The translations under genes and the position numbers were made by a program. From Eledone cirrhosa (Eukaryota): a DNA stretch of 64,000 bases. Within the stretch, counting starts at the first letter, position 1; each line of letters starts with the position of its first letter. The notes under the pieces were generated by a model. That model made no database searches and was not told the DNA's origin. It was given only the letters and a program-made list of their open reading frames with translations. The stretch covers positions 65,968,001 to 66,032,000 of the forward strand of contig OZ024742.1 in NCBI GenBank assembly GCA_964016885.1, read 5' to 3'. Positions 1-14,470 of the stretch are shown piece after piece.

Positions 1-80
<80 letters not shown>

Positions 81-499
81 GGCGATGAATTAAGAGAAGC
101 GAAAACCAACCAAACAGTGAGTGTGTTCTGTTATTAATTCTGGCAATATTACGCAAATATGACTCTCCCCAAATATAACAATATATATATATGTATATAT
201 ATATATATATGTATATATATATTATATATATATATGTATATTATTGTTTGTATCTGAGACTGAGAGTCTGTGTGCATCAATATGTAAATCCATATCCTTA
301 GATGATTTATATAAAAATGAACTGGTATATTTGCTTTTTTTTAGGAAAATTCTTCAAAATCTTGTATTTAATTCTATTTACTCAATGTTAAAACGATATA
401 TCTGCGGTATGTTTTCTGAAAAATAACACCTGTTGGTGAATGACGTAACGCCTTGATATAGTAACAACTAAACAACAAAAAACAACAGCTACAACTGAA

Positions 500-589
500 T
501 CAATAGTACTATAACAACAACAGCGACGACGACGATGACAACAACAACAACAACAGCCCAACAACCACAGCAACAACAACTACTACTAC

Positions 590-621
<32 letters not shown>

Positions 622-649
622 ATGATGATGATGGTGATGATGGTGATGA

Positions 650-714
<65 letters not shown>

Positions 715-725
715 TTATTATTATT
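500..725. repeat. compound trinucleotide microsatellite (ACA/CTG/ATG/CTA)
   Basis: Visible triplet runs; they explain ORFs 388..579 and 535..906. Confidence 0.95.
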
Positions 726-1429
726 GCATGTACAACCCTCTAAAACTACTGACTATACTGTGGCGTGTGCCTCTATGTATGCAGTATGCCTACACATAGT
801 ACATACACTTCCTCACTGTTTAACAACCCATATATTCCACTCTACTTATTTAAAAATCCCTATATTTTACCTGATCTTATTTGATACTAATTACTATTTT
901 ATTTAACCATTGCCCATTTACACCTATATAACCCACATTTTACTGTTATTTCTTTACTTGAAAAATACTCCTTCAGCTTATAAGCCATATCTATAAATAG
1001 CCTTACCTTGCCACACTCTATTCCTATGACCATTATTTATACACCATCGGAAAGGCTTGTTGAACACACAAACTGAAACCGGTTGGCGCCGCGGTCAGGA
1101 TTTTACATATCTCCCTCCATATATATAGTAATAGTAAATACAAAGACCAAAATCCAGAGAGGATTCGATAGAGTTGAACATATATGAGTATATATAAACT
1201 CGTAGAACAAATATTTATTATTAGCACAAATTAAAAATTTAAACAAATAACTCCTCCTTTCTCCCTAAACGGGATCAACTGAAAGTGAAAAATATCAATA
1301 TGCGTCCATAGATTAATATTTCTCTATTTCTGATGATCCTGGGTTAAAGCAGAAATCATTTGCTTAAACTTTTAAATTGTGCGCTAATATCTATCTAAAA
1401 ACACAACTACCACGACGACGACCGCCACC

Positions 1430-1506
<77 letters not shown>

Positions 1507-1630
1507 CATTCTCTCTATATAAGATTCCATTTTAGATCCACTCTTCTTTTCAACAAGAAGATGAACAAACCTGCCTCAACACTGAATTTTAAATCTTTTA
1601 AATTTTTTATTCTTTTTAATTGTAATAGTC

Positions 1631-1682
1631 AACATTTGATAAGATGGATTCCATTGATACATCGAACGAAACCGGTTATATT
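1631..1682 (+). ncRNA. type-I hammerhead motif, U3-A8 core variant, degenerate
   Basis: AACAU-UUGAUAA-GAUG..CAUC-(GAAC)-GAAA-CCG-GUU-AUAUU. Palindromic helix III ACCGGU; extra GAAC before GAAA; one helix I mismatch. Confidence 0.6.
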
Positions 1683-1822
1683 TAATATATTTTATATACA
1701 TTATAAAACTCGTTTCTTAAAATAATTATCCCTCTCATTTTTTCAATAATGTCACTTTGACGAATCAAAGAATGAAAAAAGAAAAATAGATCCTTAGATA
1801 TATTTTCCGTGCTATATCCATT

Positions 1823-1949
<127 letters not shown>

Positions 1950-2643
1950 TATATAATACAAGCATGAATAAATTTGATAGATTGATGGAAAGCTATGAAC
2001 ATACCGATAGATTATTGGTGAAAAAGTAGCATAGAATGGGACACAAAATGTAGAATTATATAATAGTAAATATGGTCCCGGTATTGGAAATAACTGTTGG
2101 TTACAGTCAAAGCGTGTTTATTTGAAGTTTACTCAAACATAGTTGACCTGGGTGTATCCAACGTGTAATCCTCAATGCATTCCATTTATATCTAAATTCC
2201 ATGCATGAGTATACATCATCTGATTTCTCTGACTAAATGACAAATCATATAGATATTGGGTGAAATCCTACCACTCGCATAACTTTGAGAGATTTTGCAC
2301 TCCTTCCGTTCTCTCCCTCTTATATATATATATATGAAGACACGATGTCTGTTGAAAAGGTAAAAGGTATCCGACCTTAGACTGGAAAAGATTGCGTACT
2401 TTTCGGTGTCCAGTTACTAATCTTGTTTGATCTAGGCGCCTTGTACCTCCACACACTTAGCTTCTTGATCCTACCACAGTAATGGTTCCACAGTTAGGTC
2501 TATGCATTAAAGGTTGTCAGGAATTTACCAAGGCGTAGTTATTGTCCGAACATTATTGCACGCGTTAAACAGAGCCATTACATAGGTGCATATTTATGAA
2601 TATATACTGTATATATATCATTGATGTATAATCTATATCAAAG

Positions 2644-2670
2644 GAAATATACAGATAACTAGTATCTTTC

Positions 2671-2708
<38 letters not shown>

Positions 2709-2735
2709 GAAAGATACTAGTTATCTGTATATTTC
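2644..2735. repeat. perfect palindrome centred on (TA)n
   Basis: GAAATATACAGATAACTAGTATCTTTCTATT ... AATAGAAAGATACTAGTTATCTGTATATTTC. Confidence 0.95.
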
Positions 2736-2766
2736 ATTTATATATATATATATACTTACGTATATA

Positions 2767-2800
<34 letters not shown>

Positions 2801-3025
2801 CTTACGTATATATATATATATATATATATATACTTACGTATATATATATATTTATTCATTGAAATACCGTCTATAAAGTAGGCATAGTCTTTTCAATTAT
2901 TTTGTATGGATACAGAAATAGATACATATGGAGACAATTAGAAGACTATATATATTTGTGCATGCACATTACACTTTAACATACACATACTCATACACAT
3001 ACTCATACACACACACACACACACT

Positions 3026-3062
<37 letters not shown>

Positions 3063-3065
3063 TCG

Positions 3066-3128
<63 letters not shown>

Positions 3129-3139
3129 GCACACACACA

Positions 3140-3179
<40 letters not shown>

Positions 3180-3496
3180 TGTGTGTGTGTGTTTGTGCGT
3201 GTGTGTGTGTGTGTGTGTGTGTCTGTGTGTGTTTGTGTGTGTGTGTGTGTGTCCATAAATGCACTTAAGCCTCTTCCTTCCTGCAAATATCTATAATTTT
3301 ATCAAACTAAAATATATATGCATCTATTGATTCGATTTTCAAATTTACATTTACGTTTTATTATTTATACGCAGGTGCTTATATAGTTACTTGTATGCAT
3401 GTAAATACATTACGTATATTTACACACCTTCACTCACAAACACACAAACGTACACAAGTATATATATATATATGTGTGTGAGTGTGTGTGTGAGTA

Positions 3497-3539
<43 letters not shown>

Positions 3540-3723
3540 GTACCTGCGTCTAGAGTTTTATTTTAATACGTTTAAATGTCTATATATTAAGAAAAAAATA
3601 TAGCAACTCTACTAAAAATATTGATATTTTTTAACACAAAATCTCAAAATAGTATTTTAAAATGACTAGTGGTTGCTGGCATAAAACTCATGTATAGGCA
3701 TAAAAATAACAACCTCACCTCCA

Positions 3724-3768
<45 letters not shown>

Positions 3769-4343
3769 TTATATATATATTTATTAATTAAAATAACAGA
3801 TATATATATACGAGCAGTAATTAGTTTCTTCCATCTACCCTGCAATACCAATACGGAAGTGGGGTGTTATGAATTCAATGATTTTGACCGACCACAATCA
3901 GTATCATACTCAAATTCTCTTCAGCTTGTAATCTAGCTCTGGTCTTTAAATTTAGTCCAGCATATTGTTTCAGTTCTTACACTTAGAGTAAAGATTCAAC
4001 TGATTTATCCGCTACTAGCGATAATTTCGAACAGGAAAATTATCACGCGATTGGCGTTCTACAGAGGGGAGTTGGTATGTGGACAATGCCAAGTTTCCCA
4101 AATATAAATTTTAGTATACTCTGAATAATTGATTCTAATTATTTCCTTAATTGAGGAAAAGAGGTATCTGTTGGGCTCCCTCATATGTATACTTGCGTAT
4201 ATATATACAATATATGAATAGAAATATCGTATTTCTAAAGAAACACGGTATGTTTATAGGTAAACATTTAAGAAGATGTAGCTATGCAAAAAAACATTGG
4301 TGCAAACGCTCTCTGGTGGTGTCCAGTAGAAGCAAGGGGGACA

Positions 4344-4387
4344 ATCGTTGATGCATTTCGTACTTAACTGGTCCTCATCAGGACGAT
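4344..4387 (-). ncRNA. minimal type-I hammerhead motif
   Basis: Minus strand: AUCGUC-CUGAUGA-GGAC cagUUAA GUAC-GAAA-UGC-AUC-AACGAU. Palindromic helix III AUGCAU; one mismatch each in helices I and II. Confidence 0.75.
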
Positions 4388-4506
4388 ATCTCCAACACTT
4401 GACTTGACTGCTGGACTTGAAAAAGTTGAGAATATATAGTTTTCTCGTTTGTGTAAATGAGTTAATGAAGCTGCATAAGTTGGCTCGACTTATAATAGAA
4501 TAGCAT

Positions 4507-4560
4507 TAGGATTTAGCTTCAGGCATAGCTGTATACAGATATGCCTGAAGCTAAATCCTA
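4507..4560. repeat. 54-bp near-perfect palindrome
   Basis: TAGGATTTAGCTTCAGGCATA-g-CTGTATACAG-a-TATGCCTGAAGCTAAATCCTA. Confidence 0.95.
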
Positions 4561-4802
4561 CTTCTCCCCCTCTGTCTCTCTGTCTCTCTATATATATATA
4601 TTCAATATATTTGTTAAATACTCCCTTACGTTCGAGTAAAAAATTTGGCCGAATCAGACTGCAATATTTAGTAACCCTTTCACTTGCCATTGCCCACAAA
4701 CTGCTGCCCCTCTGTAGGACGTTAATCAGGGGATAATTCTCCCGTTCGAAATTATCGCTGATAGCCGATAACTCAGTTGAATCATTTCTTGATGGAAAAT
4801 GT

Positions 4803-4868
4803 TCCCTGACGATTTAAGATTTTCAAAGCACTAAAAGCGAATTATTGCTCTATGAAACTGCTGTAGGG
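4803..4868 (+). ncRNA. type-I hammerhead motif with long, weakly paired helix II
   Basis: UCC-CUGACGA-(41 nt)-GAAA-C-UGCU-GUA-GGG. Confidence 0.6.
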
Positions 4869-5165
4869 TCGCTCGAAGTAAATAGGTACACATTTCTTTA
4901 TCTTATTTGTGATTTTCAAATATAAATGACATTATGCTCAACATAATTGATTCTTATTAACTCCTTCATTGAACAAAATTGGTATTTGTTGTACACCCTC
5001 ACATGTCAATGTATGTATACATCTTCAGTATATTTGTTAATTACTATAAGTAGCAGCCTTTTCCCTTGAGCCTGGAAACCTTGGGTAGTGTCTTTGTTTC
5101 GTGTGTGAACATAACTAAATAATATAATATATGTATATATATATAGATATATATAGAGAGAGGGA

Positions 5166-5243
<78 letters not shown>

Positions 5244-5734
5244 AGAGAGAGAAAGTCTGTGGTGCCGATACTGGGAGACTCCTAATCATCGAAGAATATA
5301 TATATGCATACATATATATTTTATCATTAAGTATAACCGTTTCCCCATTCCAGAACACTCCCCCCCCCCATATATATATATATATACATATATGTATATG
5401 TGTGTGTGTGTATATGTGTATGTAAAATTTATACACATATGCATATGCATTAATGTAAGCATACGTCTTTTCTTTCATACATGAACTAACGTACAAAATT
5501 ATACATGACATACAGAGAGATATAAATGTCTCATGACAACATCTTGATACACAAGAACACACATTAACTCCCATACAACCAGACGCACAATGCAGACATT
5601 AACGCACACACATATAAGGCTCTCACCAGATCACGCACAAGATACATTTGCAAGGAAGTTAAGTGTATCAAGTAGTAGATCGCAATGCTATTATTTTTGT
5701 AGTTCGCCATGTCTGATTGTGTAATTGGGATTTG

Positions 5735-5796
<62 letters not shown>

Positions 5797-5862
5797 TACA
5801 TATATGTATGTATATACATATATGTATGTTTGTATGTATGTATGTATGTAAGTATGTATGTC

Positions 5863-5894
<32 letters not shown>

Positions 5895-6039
5895 CATGCA
5901 TACATAAATTTATGGATATATGCATACAGAATATATTTATATATATAAACACATATATACATAAATATATATATATATATATATATAATATATATATATA
6001 TAATGTATATATATAAATATATATATATTATATATATAT

Positions 6040-6157
<118 letters not shown>

Positions 6158-6284
6158 TTTTGCTATAACCTTACAGTGCGTTATCTATCTACATGCATGC
6201 TTGAATTTCTAATATCCTTTTTGTACGTCTAAATATTATTATATTTTAAAGAAAAGACGGAATTTATGTAGAAATACTGCCTCT

Positions 6285-6737
6285 ATGTATGTATGTATGT
6301 ATGTATGTATGTATGTATGTATGTATGTATGTATGTATGTATGTATGTATGTATGTATGTATGTATGTATGTATGTATGTATGTTTGTATGTATGCATGT
6401 ATGTATGTATGCATGTATATATGTATGCATGTGTGCATGTATTTATGTATGTATGCATGTATTTATGTATGTATGCAGCATATGTATGTATGTATGTATA
6501 TATGTATGTATGTATGCATGTATATATGTATGTATGTGTGCATGTATTTATGTATGTATTCATCTATGTATGTATGCATGCATATATATATATGTATGTA
6601 TGTGTGCATGTAATTATGTATGCATCTATGTGTGTATATATATATGTATGTATGTATGCATACATGCATATATGTATGCATGTGTGCATGTATTTATGTA
6701 CGTATGTATGCATGTATGAATGAATGCATGTATGTAT
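6285..6737. repeat. (TATG)n microsatellite with degenerate TGCA-containing derivatives
   Basis: Visible tetranucleotide array. Confidence 0.95.
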
Positions 6738-7308
6738 GAGAAAGAAACTGTCATACACACACACACGTATGTAGATACGTGCTCACAAATACAAAGACAC
6801 TGTTCGACATCTACTAACAACAACAACTACAACAACAAAAAAACAGAAAAAAAACAACATGAAGTAAGTCTATTCAACAGTAAGAGAAATAAGAACAACA
6901 ACAACACCATCGTCAACCCCAGCCTTACCAACAACAAACACACAAAAAGATAGCAGCAGCACGTGATCTGTGAACAATGAATGAACATTAGCACCGTTAC
7001 CACTGCCTACAACAGTGCCACCAACATCACAAACTTCACAGTGACGACAACGATTATGACTAACACTGCCACTATCGCCACCCGCACTCTACGTGGCACT
7101 ACCAATTACAACAACTATTCTACCAAAGCAAACAATAACATGGTCGACAACAGCATCTACAACTACCTTAAAACATCTACAACTACAAAAAGCAACAAGA
7201 GTTACAACAACGTTGGCATGTACAGTAATAACAAGTACAATTTTGAAGGCTGATCATTGTCTATATGTATATATATACACACACACACATATATATATAT
7301 ATACACAC

Positions 7309-7362
<54 letters not shown>

Positions 7363-7363
7363 C

Positions 7364-7397
<34 letters not shown>

Positions 7398-7636
7398 ATA
7401 TATATATATACATACACACACACACACACATATATATATAAATATATATATATAATATATATATAATATATTTGTGTTTTGTTGATCTTTATATATTTGT
7501 ATTTTATTTGCTTTCCTTCATCATATTTTCATATTTCACCGTATTTTACATGTAAGTCTCTAACAACGTGACTTTCGGTAAAGTAACAACAGTGAATGTA
7601 GATTAGGAGGAAAAAAAATGGATGCTTGTGTGTGGG

Positions 7637-7692
<56 letters not shown>

Positions 7693-8095
7693 GTACTTAC
7701 GAACATGCGTACCTACATAGATACATACATACATACACATATATACAGGTACACTCATACACACACACACATACGCACATATATATATTTGAGTGTGTGT
7801 CCTTACGTTTGTGCCCGTATTCGAAAACATACTTACGCAGCAGACTCACATATTCACACATATACATATGTATATAAAGATATATACATCTCTCTCTCTC
7901 CCTTTCTTTACTTTCTATCTCTCCCTCTCTCTCTTTCTCGCTATATATAATATATTATATATTTATATATATAAGTTTGTGTTGCTTCTTACTAGAAGTT
8001 CCCGTTATCCTATTAAGAGCATTGTGGGATTGCGTCTGTATATAGTCTTTGTCATATGCAACAAAGCTAACAGTAACAGCAAGAACAATTTTAAA

Positions 8096-8163
<68 letters not shown>

Positions 8164-10685
8164 CAATCTCATCTACTGAGGAAACAATAATAAAAATCAA
8201 TATGAACAGCTACATTAAGGACAAAACTAAAAATCATGATTGCTAACTCCCACAACAACAACAACAACAACAACACCAAAGATAATACCTATAGCAACAA
8301 TGACACCAGCAGCAACAAAAGAAAATAACGCCAACAACTGCAACTGCAACAGCATCAACAAAAACCACAACAACAATAATAATAACAACATCAATAAAAA
8401 TAACAATAATAATAATAATAATAATAATTATTATAATAATAATAATGATATTAATAATAAAAATAACTATAATGGTAACAACAGCAATGTCAGCAGCAAC
8501 AGTAGCAGCTGCAAGAAAACATAGAGGCAATGTGAAGGACATGTACAGGAACAACTAAAGCCATAAAAACTACATCGATAAAAACAACAACTTTGTCATC
8601 AGCATCCTGATGATTAAATACAACATTAATTAGAGCAACTATATTGGCAACGGAATGAAACCAAGAGCTCCCTACAGTTTTGCTAATCCTGCTAGATATA
8701 TCAACGAAATCATTCAATTCTGATCCCACAACCTTAAAAATGGAATAGAACTTTGAATCATTTTACCAAAATGCTAGCTGAATAAAGATTGCATTTTTTA
8801 CACTGAAATGCTTTTCATAAGCATTTTGCTCAATCTTGGCTTACATGAAGCTAAATATCAATCTTTTAAACAAACATATACTACAAGATTCTTCACCGAG
8901 GACAATGTATTATGCAATACGATACATCTCCACAACTGTATCTGGTATGAGCTAAAACAGCTATAACTCAAAGCCTTACAATATGCAAAATAATGTCTAA
9001 ATCCGGTGTAAATTTCCCCGCACATGCATAACTCACAGAAACCTAAAAAAATAAAAAATAAGATAAAAGCATATCAATACATCTGGTACAAATTTATAAT
9101 AGGGGTCTCCAGAAAATGGTATGGTGTGGTATTACAATACATTGTAGCATTTTAACGTGATGATTATGATTATGATTTCAAATTGCACTTCAATTATGTT
9201 TTTTATTTTTGTACGTCGGTAAATTAAGTACAATTTCTGTTCTGGAAACAGATCAAATTAAATATAGGCTTTTGTTTGAATGTTGTGGCCTTGTCAGTCA
9301 TGGCTCATACAATCAACTTCCATTCGTTTATGAAGGAGGGATAACAATGTCAGTTAGAACAACTAAGATAGCAACTACACTAGTTAGAACAACTAAGATA
9401 GCAACTACACTATCAATGGAGCATCTACTAGGTTTTCGATCCGTAACATATATCAACAAAATCTCTATAAGAGACTTTGGATAATGTAATTCAAAATACA
9501 TTATCTCTAAACAAAATATAATGGAATATTCATAACCAAAAACAGTCATTTTTGGTGTCCTGGATCAGGGCTCAACTAAAATTAATATCAACAACATTAT
9601 CATACACACACACACACACACACACACTTACACTCACTCACTCACCTACTCGATTCGCATTAACTATGAACAACAATAAGAACAACAAAACATATCCATC
9701 AATAACAGCAGCAGACCACTGTAGATTCTATGTAATCTCCCTACCAACTTGAAGCAGCTGAAAAATCTCTCTTTTTAATTACAATCCGTCATCTTAATGA
9801 GGGAGAGTACCTGGGGCATTTATTCCCCGGTATAAATGAGTCTGTATTTTCACGGTTGAAAAGCGCTGGGCGGTTCGACAACGGGTGACCTCAAACTTAA
9901 ATCTTAATGAATAACACAATCCCCTAGCTGTTAATTGAGATAGCATGGTAGTTGAATTCAAGTTCAAATACAATCACAGTTAAAGAGATATAATATTGAT
10001 TAGATATAATATAACAACACTAATCATATTTAACAAGAACAAACTAATTATACGTAAAACAGGCATTAATAATATGTAATATAATAATTAAATAATTAAA
10101 TGTAACACAAACACGTTAATTAGATATGACACATACATATTAATTGGATGTAGTTCAAATATGCTAATTAGATAAAAAAAACTAAACACATATCGGTCAG
10201 CACACATGCATCTGAGTAACAGGGTCATCACTGGGAAATACCTAAACCTGACGACGTGTGAATCAATTCAAAATACTGCAGCCGGCATAATTTTGAAGAG
10301 AAAGAAGCATATTTGAGTCTAAACTGTCTTCTGGTAAAAGCCTGAATGACGCTTACAATCTTATGGCTGACATTGAAGGTTATTCAACAATATATTGATG
10401 AACTTCACTGTGAAAAAGATTCAGCAATGAGGTGTTTGATATAAAGTTGCAATGGAATCCTCGTGGTATCATCTTCGTGAATGACGAGTTGTGTTGAGCG
10501 ACCTTCTGGAATAAGCGTGCTCTGCTTATAATATCTAACATGTGTCGTCTTTCAGATAAATCTTAAGACTCAATGCTTCAGGAAATGCCATACGTGAACT
10601 GTTTTCGGAATCCGTGGGTTATATGAAAAAACGAATGAACGATTAAGACGACTATGAATATTTTCCCTATTTTTTATTATTATTA

Positions 10686-10890
10686 TTCGGTTTGCAGAAT
10701 CGTTAGAGCGTCGGACAATATGCTTAGCAGGAGAGAGTTATTGCCTTTTAGGCTCTGAGTTCAAATCGCGCCGAGTTTAGCTTCGTCTTTCATCCTTAAG
10801 CGATCGATAAAATAAAATACTTCTGGGGTCGATTTAATTGACTTTCCCCTCCCCTTCAAATTGCTGGCCTAAAGTAGAATCAATTATTAT
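10686..10890 (+). mobile_element. tRNA-derived octopus-type SINE, diverged
   Basis: A-box-like GCAGAATCG, B-box GAGTTCAAATC, body TTTCATCC..GATAAAATAA, TTA tail; similar to other copies in the window. Confidence 0.8.
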
Positions 10891-10904
10891 TATTATTGCT
10901 TGTA

Positions 10905-11100
10905 TGGCGGTGGATTGGCAGTATCGGTAGAGGGTCGGACGCCATGCTTTGTAGCATAGAGTTACCTCCCTTTATGATCTGAGTTCAAATCCCGCCGAGG
11001 TTAACTTTGCCTTTCATTCTTACGGGGTCGATAAAATAAAGTACCAGTAATGCACTAGTTAATTGCTGGCCTTGTGCCTAAAGTAGAAACAATTATTATT
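10905..11100 (+). mobile_element. tRNA-derived octopus-type SINE
   Basis: GGCGGTGGATTGGCAGTATCGG..GAGTTCAAATCCCGCCGAGG..GTCGATAAAATAAAGTACCAG..GGCCTTGTGCCTAAAGTAGAAAC, then (TTA)n. Confidence 0.9.
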
Positions 11101-14100
11101 GTTTGTGGTTGTCCTTTTCCTTCTGTTTTGTTTCCATTTCCTGTCGAGTGACTTCTCGACACCCAAGACAGAGAAACTCACTGCAACAAATTGGTAAGCC
11201 ACAAAATAAACACACCAGATTGTTCAAGTCACGCACTTAACACAGCTACAAGTATATCATTTGCTTTATACATGTACACATTATCTCTTTAAAATCATAT
11301 TTACAACAGAAGTACATTCGATAATATAGGATTGCTCAATTATTTATTACTTACATAATTATGGAATATATTTCCAAGTTAAAAATACATAAATGATTCT
11401 CCTTCTCCCAGCGATATTGTTTTTTCTCAATTCGTGTACGTACCGTACCAGTTAAAACAATCTTTTGCACTTCTTGCATCGATTGTAAGCCAGGGATCAT
11501 TCTAAAATAATGTCCGGTTCCGTTTTTGATCATTCCTAGCGCATCTACAATCATTGGTATTGTGACCACCTTCAGATGCCACATTTTATCAATATCAATC
11601 TCCAAGTCATTATATTTTCTGAGCTTGTCATTATTTTGCCGAAATACTGTGATCACATGGGATACACATATTAATCAATAAACATGCTTTTGCAATAATA
11701 TCCAATATATTGATGGTTCTGTTTGTACGGGAAAGTCCCAAAGAATCTTTACATTTCCCCCCTCAGTTCAGTAGTTTTCATTTGATAATACCATCGTATT
11801 AAGCTGGTAGGTATTAACCACCGTTCTCATACCTTGATTTATACTTTACTGGTGCCAAAATGTTACAATCAGTGATTAGGCTGTGCACAGTTTCAATCGC
11901 ATCATTGCAGAATCGGCACATTGGACTTACTCCATTTCAGATCACACTGGCTTGATAGTTCCAAGTTACTAAATGTTGATCTTGGGCAGCTTATGAAGCC
12001 TTCGCTCCCTGCCCTAAGCTACGCATGAATTGATGGGTGTACTTCTGGTCGACATCATTTTGTTTGCTAAGGGTCACATATCAGCTATGCAGATGTTTCT
12101 GTTCTCACCTCGATGTTAATTGTTCATGCCCTTTTTTCTTTGCCATTGATTTTACTTGCTTTGCAATAATAGTTACCACACATCCCTCGGTCTGCCAAGC
12201 GTTGATATTATTCAAGGGATCAGCAACAAAATTTCTGTTCCCTTTCAAGACCGAATGAAGATTCTTACACCTCTAATGTTTTTCAATGAACTTCAGCATT
12301 CAGTCGTTTGTTTCTCCGAGATATTCGGCCAGTCCATTATTGGTGGTTTTGAAAGACAGTTCAAACTGGGCCAAGCCTCTGCTTCCTTGAGTTCTGAGAA
12401 GGTAAAGATGATCCTCATCTGAATCTGTATGGTGCATCTTACTATCAACTTAGGAAATTGTGTGTCAATTCTCTTAATTTCTTTTATAACTGTTTCACCA
12501 TCCAGTTCAACTAAATTGGAGTTTATCAACTTCCCTTTCTTGAAAGTAGCCTTGCCACACTTATCAAACCCAAACTATATCCCGACGTCATCACTGAATG
12601 CTTTTCCAGTATGTAAATGGCCTTCAAGCTAACCATTGTCTTGGACATATAGTTTTAAATCATTCATATAAAATAGATGGCTCATTTTCCTGTTGTCAAT
12701 TCTATACACATAACTTGTTCTGTTAAGTATGATTGTAAACGGTATCAGAGCTATGCAAAATATTAGAAGTGAAAGTGAGTCACCTTGGAAAATACAACAG
12801 TCGATGTTAATATTGTTTGAACTTAGTACTCCATTTGAATGATATAACTGGAGATTCGTGTCCCACAAGGACATATTATATTTCAGAAAATTAGAAAATA
12901 CAAGGGTAATTTTGAAGATGTCCAGCGATTTTAGAATCCACGAATGTGGTACACTGTCAAAAATCTTTTTTAATCAATCCATGCAGGGCTTAAATTTCTG
13001 TGCTTTTTAAGATAGTTCTGAAAGATTAAAATTCATCGGCATTCTTTTGTTCAATAGGGAAAAGATTTCTTCCATAAATGCATGTTTTCTCCATCAGATT
13101 TTATAAGTGGTGGATAAACAAGTTTGATAGCTTTTGTTTTATCTTCGGTTGCACGATACTTGGGTTGTAAGTGAGGAATACCTTCTGCTATCGAGTCATG
13201 TGTTTTTTCAGGATCTTTCATGATTTCATTGAACACCTGGACTAACTTTTCGTTTGCGCACATGAGCGATGAAAGCCAGAAATTGGACACCATATCTTTT
13301 CCAGAATATTTCCACTTGTAAGTTATTGTGAGTACCATACTTAGGTTTGCTATTGAGATATTTTCCCATGTTTGTTCTCATCACTTCAAATCCTTTCTTA
13401 CATTTCTTCCATTACTACAGTAGTTATCTTCTCCACTATTCCTCTTTAAAATGCCTTGACATTGGATATGAACATATTTTGCTTGTGAAAATTGTTTCTC
13501 CTCTCAAATCTTCGTTCTCGTCAAGCTTCTTTGTTTCAGCACTTTCATTGTTAATATTAACTCTTCTCTTGATGAACAGCCATATTTTCTCTTCAACCTT
13601 CTTCCTCTATTGTATCTTACATTATTTCCAGAGATTAGTTCATTTAACATTGATATTTCCCCTCTCATTAATTCAATATTATTTTCAGCGTAATTTCTCC
13701 ATTGTGGTTTTCTTCTTAAGTTTGTCTTTGTTTTTTCCGAGGCATATATCTTGTTTCAATTACACTAAAAAAAGCGTAAATAATTTCATTTAACTCAATA
13801 AGATCCGTTTCTAATTCTTTTGCGATTTCTTTTGTTACTAATTTTGATTTGTTTTTATTTTGATTTGTATTTGAGAGTTTTTGAAGTGGTTCTCTATCAT
13901 TCATACCTGTAAGTCTTACGACTGCTAGCTCAATCAAAATTTTCTGCTTCACTTCGATCATAGGCTCTATGTATTCTTAAATTTAGGTCATTTTCCACTG
14001 CCTGCCTGATCGCAATTAATTCCGTATCTGTGAGTCTATTATTTCTGAAGCTACCCCTCCTGGCATTTTACTAACCTATTTTGTCCAAATAAGGTCTGCT

Positions 14101-14470
14101 ATCTTGATTTAGTCTTCTCCATAATTTTAAGCATTTGTGCTGTCTCTCACGAGATGGCCTACCTATTGCACAGTAATAAGTGTATATTACTTCTTTATAT
14201 TCTTCAAGGGACCACTTGATTCTTTTACATTGTTTTGTGGTGGTTGTATTGGTGAACTTGGAGGGCTCGAGTTGACACAGTCCTCATTCAAGTAGCCAAC
14301 CAGTGTCATATTCAGAGAAGAATTAATGCCAGTGGATGATTTTCGATCACAGACTGGCCCGTTCCTGAGTCACACGCTTCCCGATTAACCATAAAGCAAG
14401 CAATTATGGGAACGTCTGGCGCTGGATAGTATAGGTTGTCTACATTTCCGAACGGTCACCTATCCAGATC
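11101..14470 (-). mobile_element. near-full-length decayed R4/Dong-like non-LTR retrotransposon (RT, CCHC knuckle, REL endonuclease)
   Basis: Minus-strand peptides IFQGDSLSLLIFCIAL and SHLFYMNDLKLY (RT), CRFC..ETV (knuckle), ILWDFPVQT and KYNDLEIDIDKMWHLKVVTIPMIVDALG (REL). Many stops and frameshifts; 5' boundary approximate. Confidence 0.85.

Noticed and set aside
1042-1088. HHR-like relic ending GAAACCGGU
   Set aside because: The core (UCGGAAA) has two changes and the cleavage nucleotide appears missing; too degenerate to call.
3810-3930. Minus-strand CUGAAGA followed by a strong hairpin
   Set aside because: Two alternative registers, neither with an intact GAAA plus NUH site.
9351-9411. 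30-bp exact tandem duplication
   Set aside because: Two units without a spacer; ordinary slippage, not CRISPR-like.
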